From Candidatus Marinacidobacterales bacterium (GTDB lineage Bacteria; Acidobacteriota; Vicinamibacteria; Marinacidobacterales; SMYC01): a stretch of DNA of 64,000 bases. The DNA lies in the NCBI GenBank assembly GCA_965237955.1, contig OZ250169.1, positions 448,001 to 512,000 on the forward strand, given 5' to 3'. Every line of letters begins with the position of its first letter. Within the stretch, counting starts at the first letter, position 1. The translations under genes were made by a program, and so were the position numbers. Of this stretch, positions 1-10,805 are shown piece after piece. Below the pieces are notes generated by a model. The model had not been told where the DNA came from and made no database searches. It saw only the letters and a program-made list of their open reading frames with translations.

Positions 1-351
1 ATGGTTATACTTGATAGTAGTGATGGTCCTCATCTTCGCCTCCACTTAAGGATTTGACGCTGACTTTGCAAATTGTATCAGACCGCCCTGGCAGGGCTCA
101 CCTGTGGAGTGTCAAGAGTAGTGTAGCGGCACAACGCGCCGGCGCCACTTAGCCATTGAGCAAGCGCCTTTTCGGGCGACCGAATTTCGTCCACCGATCG
201 GTAGAAGTGATTTTCCCATCCACACTCGGAAAGGCCGGAAAAGATCATCGTGTTGAGCGGATAGGATTCGCAGTCGTTGCTGTTTCGCCGGTCATCAGCT
301 GGAACATGACAGTCCTGAAGTTAAAATACGCACATGGAAAAAGGAGCTGTC

Positions 352-486
352 ATGAGCAAAGGTCGTCGTCGTCACACTGCGGAGCAAAAGGCAGAGCTGT
401 TGCGCCAGCACGTTGCCGAGAAAAAGCCGGTCTCGGAGGTATGCAACGAGGCAGAAATCCAGCCGAGCCTATTCTACACATGGCAA
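352..486 (+). pseudogene. IS3-family OrfA (HTH) N-terminal fragment
   Basis: MSKGRRRHTAEQKAELLRQH...VSEVC...IQPSLFYTWQ fits the IS3 OrfA HTH pattern; AAGGAG RBS upstream; similarity stops after about 45 codons. Confidence 0.65.
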
Positions 487-587
487 CCGAAACAGTACGG
501 CCTTCGGGTCTGGAACCCGTGTTGATCAAAGGCGCCCAATACAAGACCTGCCCTCTGACCGGAACACGATGTGCCACAACGCGCCAC

Positions 588-2019
588 CCCGTCCTGTGCC
601 AAAACTCGGCCCTTTTGAAATAGGCCATAAATCAGCAACTTAGTGTCTGTGTTTGCGACTGGGCCAAGGGCCGTGGGCTTTACAATCGTCTTGGGCGGGC
701 GGGTCGTCACCATGCAGATGACCACCTAGTCGAGAGCGAATATCGAAGCGTGTTCCTGAAGCTGTTTCCACGCTACGCCGGTCGAGCCCGCCGAGGGGCT
801 ACCGTCGCCGGCGACCATCTACGCGGCACGGCAGTAGTAGTTGAGAATGCCCCCAAGTCGCTCTCGCGACACGATGGGGCCAGCGTCATTCGCGCTTGCC
901 GGCAGAGGTGTGAGGAGCTCGTTGCCGAGACCTTGGTGGTTCCGTTCTGTGTGATAGTGCACTACGTATTCGGTTACCGCTGTGCGCAGGTGTCGCTCGC
1001 TGAGAGGTACGAAGCGGTCGAGACACTCTCGACGTATGGAGAGAACGAATCTTTCCGCATATGCGTTCAGATTCGGACTATTAGCGGGAAGGCGAAGGGG
1101 CTTCACGCCTGAATCTCTCAACAGCCCACGTACCGCCTCGGTGAATAGCGGGTCCCGGTCGTGGATGAGGTATCGCTTGCCAAGGAGGAAACCATCCCAC
1201 ATGGCCGTGAGGTTTCTTGCCACCTGCTTCATCCACTCCCCGTTGGGGTCCGACGTTATCCCACCGATGCACACGCAGCGAGTGGCGATATCGATGACAA
1301 ACAGGACATGGTAGCGGACGAGCCCGAACGGGTTCACAACCTCGACGGTGAACAGGTCTGTCGCAGCGATGGCGCCCCAATGAGCCTTGATGAAGGTGCT
1401 CCACGACATGCTCCTGCCCCGCTCCGGCGCAGGAGCGATACCGTGCTCGGCGAGGATCCTCTTGATAGTGTTGCGTCCGAGTTCATGTCCTAGGTTCTTG
1501 AGTGCGCCTCGCAGGCGCGTATATCCCCACGTCGGGTTCTCCCGCGCCACGCGCACAATGAGCTCACGGATGTCCTTCGCCGTCGGAGGTCGGCCTGGAC
1601 TCCGGTTCTTGCTGCCATCGTACTTGGCTGCGATGAGGTGGCGGTACCAGCGCAGAAGCGTAGCGGGTGTGGCAACGGACGCAATCTGGGCCAGCGCCTC
1701 GCGGCCCAAAGCCTGGGCCTTGACCGCGAGCCTGCGCCGCTCGTCGTCCGAGAGACTGAGACGCTTGCCCCGAAGTCCGGCTCGGAGCACACGGTTCTCC
1801 TCTTGCAGGTAGTCGATCACATCCTGCTGCTGGCGGTTGACCCAGCCAGCTAGAACGAGCAGTAGGAATTGCACGTGGTACGTCATCATGGATCTGAAGA
1901 TAACACCCTCGGGCCAGACGATTGTAAAGCCTACGGCCCTTGGCCCCGGCGCAAACACAGACACTAAGCTGCTGATTTATGGCCTATTTCAAAAGGGCCG
2001 AGTTTTGGCACAGGACGGG
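588..2019 (-). mobile_element. rve-integrase element, subfamily A, copy 1 (1432 bp, 104-bp TIRs)
   Basis: Near-perfect inverted repeats 588-691 and 1916-2019 starting CCCGTCCTGTGCCAAAACTCGG; same-length copy at 32061-33492; no target duplication seen. Confidence 0.9.
819..1889 (-). CDS. Integrase-core (rve, DDE) transposase with N-terminal HTH
   Basis: [43 protein letters not shown] motifs; likely start MMTYH at 1889 just inside the TIR. Confidence 0.9.
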   Translation of the reverse strand: MMTYHVQFLLLVLAGWVNRQQQDVIDYLQEENRVLRAGLRGKRLSLSDDERRRLAVKAQALGREALAQIASVATPATLLRWYRHLIAAKYDGSKNRSPGRPPTAKDIRELIVRVARENPTWGYTRLRGALKNLGHELGRNTIKRILAEHGIAPAPERGRSMSWSTFIKAHWGAIAATDLFTVEVVNPFGLVRYHVLFVIDIATRCVCIGGITSDPNGEWMKQVARNLTAMWDGFLLGKRYLIHDRDPLFTEAVRGLLRDSGVKPLRLPANSPNLNAYAERFVLSIRRECLDRFVPLSERHLRTAVTEYVVHYHTERNHQGLGNELLTPLPASANDAGPIVSRERLGGILNYYCRAA

Positions 2020-2131
2020 GTGGTGCGATCGATGCCACCGGCTTTCGCTGAGTCGGCGACCGTAAAAAGTCGATCGACAGAGCATCAGAACGTCGAGGCA
2101 GAATTAGAGGGGCGTTGCGTCATCGTAGAGG

Positions 2132-3218
2132 GGCGTTGTTGCACCGCTCTTGGCTGAGCGCGAAATCTACCTATGGTGGTGGCCGAGGTAATGTTCGACC
2201 ATGAAGTATCCCAAGCGCAGCCAGTACAAGCACGCGAAGCAGAAGAAGTACCATGTTTCCAACTGGGCGGAATACAACGAAGGGCTGCGCCGTCGGGGCG
2301 ATTTGACGGTCTGGTTTGACGAGGAGGCAATCGCGAACTGGAAGGCCGACAAGAGCGGTAAGCCTGGCGGTCAACGGGTCTATTCAGAGATGGCGATTGA
2401 AACGGGCCTGGTTGTCCGGATGGTGTACAAGCTTGCCTACCGCCAAACCGAAGGCTTCTTGCACTCGATCGCCTCGCTTCTCCAGCTGTGTATCGAAATC
2501 CCGGACTACTCGACGTTGTGTCGGCGGTCGAGGCTGCTCCGCAAGAAGCTGCGGATTCGGAAAGCCGCAAGCAATCAACCAATCCACCTGATGATCGATA
2601 GCACGGGCTTGAGGATTCATGTTGGAACCACCCGCAAACCGCCAAAGCAGCGCGCCTGGCGCAAGTTGCACATCGCCGTTGATCGCAAGACCGGCAACAT
2701 TGTTGCGTCCGAACTGACGGCGTCACGAGCTCGCGACGCAACGCGAGTCCCCCCTTTGCTAACACAGATTCAAGCACCTCTAGTGTCGGTGGCGGCGGAC
2801 AGTGCATACGACAAGGAAGCGGTCTACGAAGCCATCGAAGCGCACAGCCCTGGACGAAGGACGCGCGTGGTGATTCCGCCGCAACGAAACGCCACGCTCA
2901 GTCAGAATTCGAACACCGCCATGCGGGAACGCGACCGCCATATTCGTGCAATCGAAAGACACGGCCGACGTGAATGGTACAAGCTCTCAGGCTGCACCGA
3001 GCGAAGCATGGTGGAGAACGCGGTCTATCGTTACAAGGCGATCATGGGGCCCGAGATGCGGGCTCGAACGTTGGCGAGGCAACGAGTTGAACACCGACTT
3101 GGGTGCGAGATACTCAACAAGATGACCGCGCTCGGCATGCCCGATACTTACTGCGCCGGGTGACTCTCCGACCGGCATAGGGAGGTCAGCGATTCGCTCC
3201 GGGCCGTGCAACAACGCC
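2132..3218 (+). mobile_element. IS5-family (IS903 group) insertion sequence
   Basis: 13-bp TIRs GGCGTTGTTGCAC / GTGCAACAACGCC enclosing the transposase. Confidence 0.88.
2201..3163 (+). CDS. IS5/IS903-group DDE transposase
   Basis: NWAEYNEGLRRRGDLTVW, PDYSTLCRR, IDSTGL, WRKLHIAVD, ADSAYD motifs. Confidence 0.92.
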   Translation: MKYPKRSQYKHAKQKKYHVSNWAEYNEGLRRRGDLTVWFDEEAIANWKADKSGKPGGQRVYSEMAIETGLVVRMVYKLAYRQTEGFLHSIASLLQLCIEIPDYSTLCRRSRLLRKKLRIRKAASNQPIHLMIDSTGLRIHVGTTRKPPKQRAWRKLHIAVDRKTGNIVASELTASRARDATRVPPLLTQIQAPLVSVAADSAYDKEAVYEAIEAHSPGRRTRVVIPPQRNATLSQNSNTAMRERDRHIRAIERHGRREWYKLSGCTERSMVENAVYRYKAIMGPEMRARTLARQRVEHRLGCEILNKMTALGMPDTYCAG

Positions 3219-3666
3219 ACGACGATGAGGGCTTTCTTCCAGTCGAATAGCCTTGCGAGAGTCGCCATCGTGAGCCGTGTGGCGTTATCAGTGCGCCGAG
3301 GCGCCTGCTTACGCTCGACGAAGAACGTAAGCTGCTTCCGAAGGAAAAGGTTCTCTGCGGCGAGGGCGCTGCGCGAGCGGCACAGGTTCCGAGCGAACGC
3401 GACGGCGTCCAGGACAATAGACCGGATATTGGCAAACAGTCCCACGAGCGAACCTCTCCACGTTCTTAAGACGCCGGTGGCGTCGTCGGGTCGACCGGCA
3501 CAAAGCAGCCGAGCATGGCAGGTCTAAACGGCGCAATCAACGCCGGATCGACTTTTTGCGGAGCACAGCCGAGCATAGCGGCGGAGTTTCGCCGTCTTCG
3601 GCCCGGAATTCAAGCGGAGCGTAAGTCCTTGATTTCGTGGGCGGAGCAGTTTTGAAGATGCACAAC
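3219..3666 (-). pseudogene. 5' end and N-terminal fragment of another rve-integrase element, cut by the IS903-like element
   Basis: CRSRSALAAENLFLRKQL...DWKKALIVV stops at the IS TIR; end region 3620-3666 resembles the end at 45803; related fragment at 47715-47870. Confidence 0.7.
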
Positions 3667-3681
3667 CTTTAAGGGGCTCGG

Positions 3682-6081
3682 TTAATCTCGTTCCCAAGTC
3701 TCGTATTCGTTCAGGGCACTCCATTCGTCGCCCCGCCGTGAACGTCCCTTGAGATTGGGAGAGAAAGGAACCGTCGAAACGGCTTCGCTGAAACTGTGTG
3801 CCGTGGGGTTTCGTGGGTCGCTTCCATCGAGGGTGTAGTAGACCTTTTCCGCTCCCGCCGGGCGCCGGATGGTGATGCTGTCAGAAGCTCGCTCGAACAC
3901 CGGCGGGTCGATGGTAGGATAGTAATCATGGTTTCGAAGCGCTCGAATGAACCTTTCGACGTTGCCGTCCATCAAGTCTAGAACATAGTCTCGCGCCCGC
4001 TTCCAATGCACATCCCGCGTGCGGGGACGATTCTCCCTTCCAGGGCTCGCATCGCCCCAACGGGCCGACTCACAAAGCATCGCTGGCTCCACATAGTCCG
4101 CTAAGCTTCGGAAATTGGCCTTGTTTGCACTGTCCGTGAGCGGTCCGCCATCGTAGCAAGCGCGGTAGACGCGATCCGCGAACTCCAGCCGGAACTCTGG
4201 GCTGTCCGCCAAAGCCATCCATATTTGGTGTAGCACGGATGTCCCGCCCGACACGAAACTTGGCGGAACCCAAGCCCCCGTATGCCCGTATTTCTTGTCG
4301 TAGAGCCCGTAGCTTATCTCCGAATCCCAGCAGAAATACAGTCCGGCACCGGGAGGGTGTATCCGAATCCCTCCGTACCAATTCTGTTTCCCCCAATCCC
4401 CTGTGCCGGAAAACCAATTCAGCAGGATGTAGTCGCTAAACTGGGCCGTATTCAATAGGGTTTTCATCTCCTGGTACTTTGCGGGCTCCGAGAGGTCATG
4501 CTTACGCGCATAACGGTACATGGTGATATACCAGCGCGGGTGGTTCGGCTTGCCGACTACGCCGGAATGGTTGATAGCAAACCAGTCAGACGAGTCACCA
4601 CCATAGTACGAAGCGAGAAAACGCCGGTCCGGACGCTCCACCGCGTTGTATACACCCCAGTAAATCCCGTTCAGGTAGAGATGCACAAAAATGCCGCGTG
4701 CGGCGTTGCCGCTCAAAGAAAGCTGCGAGTCCCGAACGTGTTGGTCGCGGACATAGACCGCCGACTCGATCTCTCCCGACGAGACGAAGATCCTGCCTCT
4801 CGACCAGTTTTCATCCCCCCCTGCCCGAAGAACGATGGTGTTGAATTCTTTCACTGCAGATTCGGCATGGTGCACTGCGCTCTCGAAAAAAGGGTATCTC
4901 AACATTCCCGGACCGAAGTCTTTGTTGAAGACCAAGCGGAACGAGTTCTTTTCCTTGAGATGCCACCAACTATGCGCTCTAATTCCGCAATCGACCTGGA
5001 AACCCTCGAAGTCGGAAAACTTGCTGGGGTAGAGGAGCTCAACCGAGGCGGGATGGGTTTTTTTAGAGTAGAGCCCTTGGCTCTCATTAAAGAGGTGGTC
5101 CCCGTCCATGACGATGGAGAGGGTGGGAATCGATGTCAGTCCTTCCACGAACTCCCGCTGGTTGCTCGTATTCACGACATCGGGATCGATCCCGAGGTCG
5201 AGATCTGCGTACGGAGCCATATTCGAGGAGCGAAACAAGGCCGGATAATCGAATGGCAGAGTCGCCTGCTCCTTTACCGTGGTCGGAAATATATATGTAT
5301 GAGTGTCGACGTTCGTGCTCCTCGCACCAGGTTTGTACGCCATGGCCCGAAGGACGGTCGTTTTACCCACAAGAACCTTGTTGCCGACGATTCCATGACT
5401 CACGCTTGGCTTACTACCGTCGGTGGTATAGACGATCGTTGCGCCGGGAGTAGCGGTGGTGATGGTCACTTCGAAAGGGTTCTCATAGAAGCCGCGGTCG
5501 TGGCTGAACTTCGTATCGCCTACTGAGTGCGTCCGGCCGGTTCGGCGATGCCAATCATTGAAGAACTCGACCGATTGCCTCAACCGCTTGTGCGCAGAGG
5601 CGCTCGCAACAACCGGATCGCCCCAAACCGGAACCAGTGACTGCCGATGCCCCGCGCCCGTGGCGTCCAGCACAGGCCGTGCCGTGAAGGTCAACGAGAC
5701 CGCTCTCCCCTCCCACGGAGTGAGATCAATCATGCGGTCGTTCCAACGATTCCTCCCCTGTGCAGCAAGGGTCTCGCGAAACGCCCGGCTCCGCTTGTCA
5801 TCGACTTCGATCTCGATCAGAAACTCTGTCTCGGGCAGACCGGCACTGGGTGTGCCTAATACGGCCATCGAGAACTGGAGCACGGCGTTCTGCGGTACCT
5901 CTAGCGGGGACACCCACGTCGATCCGTCCAACGCTGTTCGGGACTTTCCTTCCAACTCCACTTCCCTGGAAGGCTGAGAAAGAGCGAGAAGGGAAACAGA
6001 GCGCGCTCTCGGTAAGTCGCTGCAAGCCCCTCCGGATGCTAGCAGCATCAGGACGACCAGCGTGTCGGTTCGTCTCTCCAT
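3682..6081 (-). CDS. CotH-kinase-family putative lipoprotein with chitobiase/Fn3-associated domains
   Basis: FSHDRGFYENPF...IVYTTDGSKP, KNSFRLVF, VHLYLNGIYWGVY, ESARWGD, VYYTLDGSDP; lipobox-like GGAC; start uncertain (6081 or 6177). Confidence 0.85.
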   Translation of the reverse strand: MERRTDTLVVLMLLASGGACSDLPRARSVSLLALSQPSREVELEGKSRTALDGSTWVSPLEVPQNAVLQFSMAVLGTPSAGLPETEFLIEIEVDDKRSRAFRETLAAQGRNRWNDRMIDLTPWEGRAVSLTFTARPVLDATGAGHRQSLVPVWGDPVVASASAHKRLRQSVEFFNDWHRRTGRTHSVGDTKFSHDRGFYENPFEVTITTATPGATIVYTTDGSKPSVSHGIVGNKVLVGKTTVLRAMAYKPGARSTNVDTHTYIFPTTVKEQATLPFDYPALFRSSNMAPYADLDLGIDPDVVNTSNQREFVEGLTSIPTLSIVMDGDHLFNESQGLYSKKTHPASVELLYPSKFSDFEGFQVDCGIRAHSWWHLKEKNSFRLVFNKDFGPGMLRYPFFESAVHHAESAVKEFNTIVLRAGGDENWSRGRIFVSSGEIESAVYVRDQHVRDSQLSLSGNAARGIFVHLYLNGIYWGVYNAVERPDRRFLASYYGGDSSDWFAINHSGVVGKPNHPRWYITMYRYARKHDLSEPAKYQEMKTLLNTAQFSDYILLNWFSGTGDWGKQNWYGGIRIHPPGAGLYFCWDSEISYGLYDKKYGHTGAWVPPSFVSGGTSVLHQIWMALADSPEFRLEFADRVYRACYDGGPLTDSANKANFRSLADYVEPAMLCESARWGDASPGRENRPRTRDVHWKRARDYVLDLMDGNVERFIRALRNHDYYPTIDPPVFERASDSITIRRPAGAEKVYYTLDGSDPRNPTAHSFSEAVSTVPFSPNLKGRSRRGDEWSALNEYETWERD

Positions 6082-6290
6082 CAAGTGTTGCGAGCTTATC
6101 AAACGCGCGTTTCTAGGTGCTAGGCCAAGGGCGTGGCAAAGCGCAAAAAAGAGCGGGCTATTTTGAGAGTCTTGCAATTATTGCCGAAAGAAGCGGCCGG
6201 TCGTTCACGTCGGCCAGATTTTTTTATCGGGATGGATTTAGACCCTCCGCGGGCGGGGATGACACTGAGCACTTTCATGTTCGAGCCCGA

Positions 6291-6654
6291 CTAGACCCGC
6301 GCCTTTTGGGCGGGCGGTGCCGCTGGCCTGACCGCACGAGGCACGTGGAAGTAGTTCAGCATATCGAAGAGCGCTCCCTCGAACACGTTCGGCTCCCTTT
6401 TCCATCTGAGGTTGAAGGAGATCATAGCGTTGTTCCAATGGGACTCGCCGCGCAGCAACCCAGCGAGGTAGTTCGCCTCACAGATGCAAGTGAACACCGA
6501 ACTCTTTTCCAGCCGACGTCTGCTCAAGCGGCCCTCTCGAAAATCCAGGTAGAGCGGCTTCCAGCCAGGGTCCTCTAAGTACCCAATTAAGTGCTCGGCC
6601 AGCTCCTGGATCCTCTCCTGGCTATCGAGCTTCTGCAGACACTTTCTCTCTCAT
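6291..6654 (-). pseudogene. Hypothetical ~120-aa gene with a 1-nt frameshift near the start
   Basis: AAAGGAGG RBS and ATG at 6654 are one base out of frame with an open frame running to 6291. Confidence 0.5.
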
Positions 6655-6734
6655 TCGATCCTCCTTTAGATCGTGCCGATCAGAAAAGTGTCTCTTAGTT
6701 TTTCAGAGGATTCTGTCCGAAATGCTCTGACGAG

Positions 6735-8693
6735 CTACAACCAACCGACCCCCATCCGTCCGCTGAAGTCATCGAAAAATCCGGGGACGATTGCTGCGAT
6801 GCGAGACAGCTCTACGGCGAGCAGTAGCGCAAACAGCGCCACGGCGACTGCGCGTCTCCACAGTCGCGCATCGGCCCAGAGATAGGCCAGCGCGATGCCG
6901 CCGAACACTCCAAAGAGTGCGGCGGAAAAAAAGAAGGGGCGGATGTACATGAGGAGGGCACCGCCCACGTGCCGCAAGAGCAACAAGCCGAAGAGGGACG
7001 CCATCCACGCGCCCATCCAGGCCTTCGGAACTCCGAAGGCCGACGAGCGCCAATAAAACAGGAATCCAGCGAGCAAAACCACCAGATTCAGCCAGGAGAA
7101 ATAAGTCAACACTTCGCCGAGAAACCATCCCCGAAGATCGAAGAGGTCTCCGAAACCGCTCAAGGAAGAGCCCGCAGCCAAGCCTGCCGGAAGATGGACG
7201 GTCGCCAAGGCGAGCACGAGGTCTCCGTAAAACAACAGATGCGCCGCGACGAGGGCGCCCAGCCCGGCGGCAGCAATCCGCAGCAAATCTTTCCATTCTC
7301 GTCGAAAGAGTTCAATGAGGCAAAAGAAGCCGATCAAGAGCCCTTGGTTGGTCCAGCTCGCCGGATAGGTCATCAAAGCGCTACAAACCAGAATGGCAAT
7401 GCCCAGGTAATAACGGCGAACGCCCACCGCTAGGACGGCAAACGCAATGACACTCAAATCGGCAAGCTTTCCCATCGTGGCTGGATAAGCTGCCTGTGCC
7501 AGGTAATGAAAGTCGATCGAGCAGAAGAGATTGAGAATCGAGCCGAAGAGAGCTGCACCACGGTGAGGCCACAGGCTGAGCAGTATCAAGAAGATCGGCA
7601 CCGACTGCATCGCGCTGGCCAGCGCTCCCAGCAGACGATTCCAATAGTCTTCCGCATAAGTCCCCGATAGGGCGCGTTGAAGATGATTCGGAAATAGACT
7701 CCAGGTGTAAAAAGTTGGTGGGTATCGAATCACGTTCAAACCGCCCGGGACGTAGGTCGTGCCGAGGTCGTACTGCGCCTGGTAGCGCTCGATGTTCCGC
7801 CATAAATCGGCAAGCCCGCGGTGCAAGCCAATGCGCGTGATGCTGTTGTGAATCTCGGTGTCTTTGTATGCATAGTCGGGGTGCATCATCCATCCGCCTC
7901 GAAACAAGAACGTCACGAAAAAGATCGCGCACCCCATGCGGATGTTGCCCGGAGTCAGCATGGTCTTCAACGGGCGACAACGCGCCAAGAGCCTCAACAA
8001 CCCAAATACGACGGCGGTGGCGACGGGTAACCACGCGAGGAACACGAGGCTCAAATGCACAGCAGCAAACGGATCCAACAGGGCGAGGGCGACTGCGGGC
8101 AGCCCGAGAGCAACGCTCGAAAAGAGATGAGCGGACATCGCCGAGCTGCCAAGAAAAACCAGGAGCGCCCAGGTGGCGAGGTAGACGGCGACGAGGTTGA
8201 GAACCACCGGCACGCTCGGTAGCAGGTATCCCTCAATCGGCACGATCGTCAGCTGATGAGCGCGAAAGCCTCGTCTTCCCTGTTGCGGAAACGAACGCAA
8301 ATGAAGTTTGAACGGCCGCACCCCGCCATCGTCCTGCAGGACCCACTCGCGAGGCACGGAGACGAAGCGAGTCTCGCCTAGCCGCCGGTCATCCATGCTG
8401 GCTTCTACTCTACTCGTGTCGCCGGGAACCGAGCCGCGGATGTGAAGCCGAACCGGTCCGACCATTAAAATGGGTAGGTTCACCGCGGAGCGAAGGCGGC
8501 TCCAACGATAGACGTCGGCTCCCTCACGTTCCCAGCTCTCTAGAAAGTTGGAAAGGTAGCCTTGAAGCGTCGGCCCAAAGCCTAGGCTCACGCGGCTCGC
8601 GGAAGCGAAGCACAGGCAAAAAAAGACGGCGAGCACGAGGGAGGCGGCAACCGCCTGTACCAAAGAGGAAACGCGCTTCTGCGGAAGTTCCAT
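6735..8693 (-). CDS. Polytopic membrane protein, probable GT-C-type glycosyltransferase
   Basis: 652 aa, many hydrophobic segments, N-terminal soluble domain, HPDYAYKDTEIH loop; family inferred from architecture. Confidence 0.7.
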   Translation of the reverse strand: MELPQKRVSSLVQAVAASLVLAVFFCLCFASASRVSLGFGPTLQGYLSNFLESWEREGADVYRWSRLRSAVNLPILMVGPVRLHIRGSVPGDTSRVEASMDDRRLGETRFVSVPREWVLQDDGGVRPFKLHLRSFPQQGRRGFRAHQLTIVPIEGYLLPSVPVVLNLVAVYLATWALLVFLGSSAMSAHLFSSVALGLPAVALALLDPFAAVHLSLVFLAWLPVATAVVFGLLRLLARCRPLKTMLTPGNIRMGCAIFFVTFLFRGGWMMHPDYAYKDTEIHNSITRIGLHRGLADLWRNIERYQAQYDLGTTYVPGGLNVIRYPPTFYTWSLFPNHLQRALSGTYAEDYWNRLLGALASAMQSVPIFLILLSLWPHRGAALFGSILNLFCSIDFHYLAQAAYPATMGKLADLSVIAFAVLAVGVRRYYLGIAILVCSALMTYPASWTNQGLLIGFFCLIELFRREWKDLLRIAAAGLGALVAAHLLFYGDLVLALATVHLPAGLAAGSSLSGFGDLFDLRGWFLGEVLTYFSWLNLVVLLAGFLFYWRSSAFGVPKAWMGAWMASLFGLLLLRHVGGALLMYIRPFFFSAALFGVFGGIALAYLWADARLWRRAVAVALFALLLAVELSRIAAIVPGFFDDFSGRMGVGWL

Positions 8694-8793
8694 TGGAGTT
8701 TACTGCCCGTTCAATGGGCTATTCTCTTTCAGCCGTGGCCTAGGGTGCAATACGCTCCGGCGTGTCTCAAGTTCGCAGAAACTGTCGTTCCCG

Positions 8794-10731
8794 GTGCTCT
8801 TCGTTTCTCATTACAATGGCGTGGTGAAACGGAGCACCCGTAGTTTTTTGCTGCTCGCGACCGTGACGGCGTTGGGCGCTCTCGCTCCCCACCTAGCGGG
8901 CTATGGAAACACGGGGCTGCACTTCAATTTCGGCCCGGGCGACCTAGCGTACTTGGAGGGCTTCGAGCCGATGTGGGAGATCGATCCCGACGGTCGCGCC
9001 ACCCATTGGACGAGCTACGAAAGCACCATTCGGCTACCGCTGGGTCTCCGCGGCGGGCGGGCGAGACTCACTTACCACTTTTCGCGCGTCTACGGGCAGA
9101 CCGCCGCCGTAGAGATCCGAGTGAACGGCGTTACCGCGGATTCGTTTCGGGTCCAAGGTGGCGACTATGTGGAACGCTCATTCGAGCTGCCCCGAAGTGT
9201 TCTGGAAACATCGCCGCTCGCGATCGATATCCAGACCGACTCGCACGAGCGCCGCAACCGTGGCTTACGCATGGATTGGCTCGAGCTCGAAGCCATGGAC
9301 GACCGGTCCCGATTCATACCGGTTGGGCGCACGGTGCTGTGGTCCGCATTGCTATCGGCGGTGTTCGCGCTTCTCGCGTTGGTCACCTTTGAACGTCGGT
9401 CGGCAACGGTCGCGGGAGCCGCCGTACCGCTTGGGTTAGCCCTCTACGGAGGCTTCGCCGGATCGTTCCCACTAGCTCATATGGTCACCTCGATCGGTCC
9501 CTTCACGCTCGCGGTGCTCGGTGCGGCGATTGTCATTCGCGTGACGGCTTGGAAAAGCCGTGGCGGTCGTAGCGGCTGGATTCCCCTCGTGACGGCGTTG
9601 GCTTTCTTGATCCGGGCTGGCGGGGTATTCCACCCTCGCTCTTATCATCCCGATCTGCGCGCACATGCCGGCATGGCGCGCATCGTCGGCGAGGCCGGAC
9701 TCGATTTCTGGAAACACCCCGCCCATTACATTGCCGAACAAGGCGTCTGGACGGCAGCCGCGGCGGGCAAGGTGTATGCCTTTCCTTTCTCCCCGGTCTT
9801 TCACGCCTTCTTTGCGCCCTTCGACCTCGACCTTCCTTCGGCGATCTACTGGATGAAGCTGGTCGCCTGTTTGCTCTCCGCGTTCGAGGTTCCTCTGCTC
9901 TTTTTCTTGGGCCGTCGCTTGAGCAGCGACGGCGTCGCTGCCTGGGCTGCTCTCCTGGCCGTCGTAGCGCCACCAGCTTTTTCCCGTCTCTCTTATGCCT
10001 TTCTTGCCGCTATCTTCGCGCACTTTCTCGATACGCTGGTGCTTGCGGCTATGGCGGCCGGTAGCCGGAAGACCCGCTTTCCCATCATAGCTGTAGCGGC
10101 GCTCTTGGCCCTCTCGATGGGATCTTACGCGGGAAGCCTCATCAACTTCGGGCTCTTCGTGCCGCTGTTCGGCTTGTTGCTTTTCACGGTGGCGCGTCAG
10201 CGCCAGACGGCCGTCCGCCTCTTGGGTGGCTCACTCCTGGCGGCCGCCGTGGTGCTCGGCACCATCTATCGAGAATTCCTGGGCGTTTTCCTTTCCGATA
10301 TGCTGCCGCACTTCTGGTCCAGCGAAACCCGGGCGGGAACCTGGAGCTTGAGCGCGATGGGACTTACACTGGCGAACAGGTTCTACACGTTCTATGGCTT
10401 GCTGTATCTACCGCTGATCATGCTCGGCTCTTGGACAATCTGGAAGCGTCGACCACCCCCCTTCATCGCGAGCTTCATATCTGCTTGGGCGGCTGTATTC
10501 TGCTTGTTGATTCTCTTCCGTACCGCCATGCCCGACCTCTTTAGCAGGGTCAAGGAGATTCTCTGGGTGACTCCCCTCTTGTGTCTCCTGGGCGGCGAAG
10601 CTCTTGCTACAGCGGAGCGACTTCGGCCCCCCTGGCGATGGACGGGAACGCTCTACTACGTCGCGATTGCCTTGTACGGTCTCTGGTACTACACGGGTGC
10701 CATCGCAGAAAAATTCCCACTTGCTCGATAG
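8794..10731 (+). CDS. Polytopic membrane protein, probable GT-C-type glycosyltransferase (distant paralog of 6735-8693)
   Basis: Same architecture; HPRSYHPDLRAH loop; divergent from its neighbour. Confidence 0.7.
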   Translation: MLFVSHYNGVVKRSTRSFLLLATVTALGALAPHLAGYGNTGLHFNFGPGDLAYLEGFEPMWEIDPDGRATHWTSYESTIRLPLGLRGGRARLTYHFSRVYGQTAAVEIRVNGVTADSFRVQGGDYVERSFELPRSVLETSPLAIDIQTDSHERRNRGLRMDWLELEAMDDRSRFIPVGRTVLWSALLSAVFALLALVTFERRSATVAGAAVPLGLALYGGFAGSFPLAHMVTSIGPFTLAVLGAAIVIRVTAWKSRGGRSGWIPLVTALAFLIRAGGVFHPRSYHPDLRAHAGMARIVGEAGLDFWKHPAHYIAEQGVWTAAAAGKVYAFPFSPVFHAFFAPFDLDLPSAIYWMKLVACLLSAFEVPLLFFLGRRLSSDGVAAWAALLAVVAPPAFSRLSYAFLAAIFAHFLDTLVLAAMAAGSRKTRFPIIAVAALLALSMGSYAGSLINFGLFVPLFGLLLFTVARQRQTAVRLLGGSLLAAAVVLGTIYREFLGVFLSDMLPHFWSSETRAGTWSLSAMGLTLANRFYTFYGLLYLPLIMLGSWTIWKRRPPPFIASFISAWAAVFCLLILFRTAMPDLFSRVKEILWVTPLLCLLGGEALATAERLRPPWRWTGTLYYVAIALYGLWYYTGAIAEKFPLAR

Positions 10732-10805
10732 AGGTATGGCGGTGACGTTAGCTTGACTTTCGTGGCGCCTGACGGCACAGTTAGCCGCCTTTCCACCCGG
10801 TTGGC

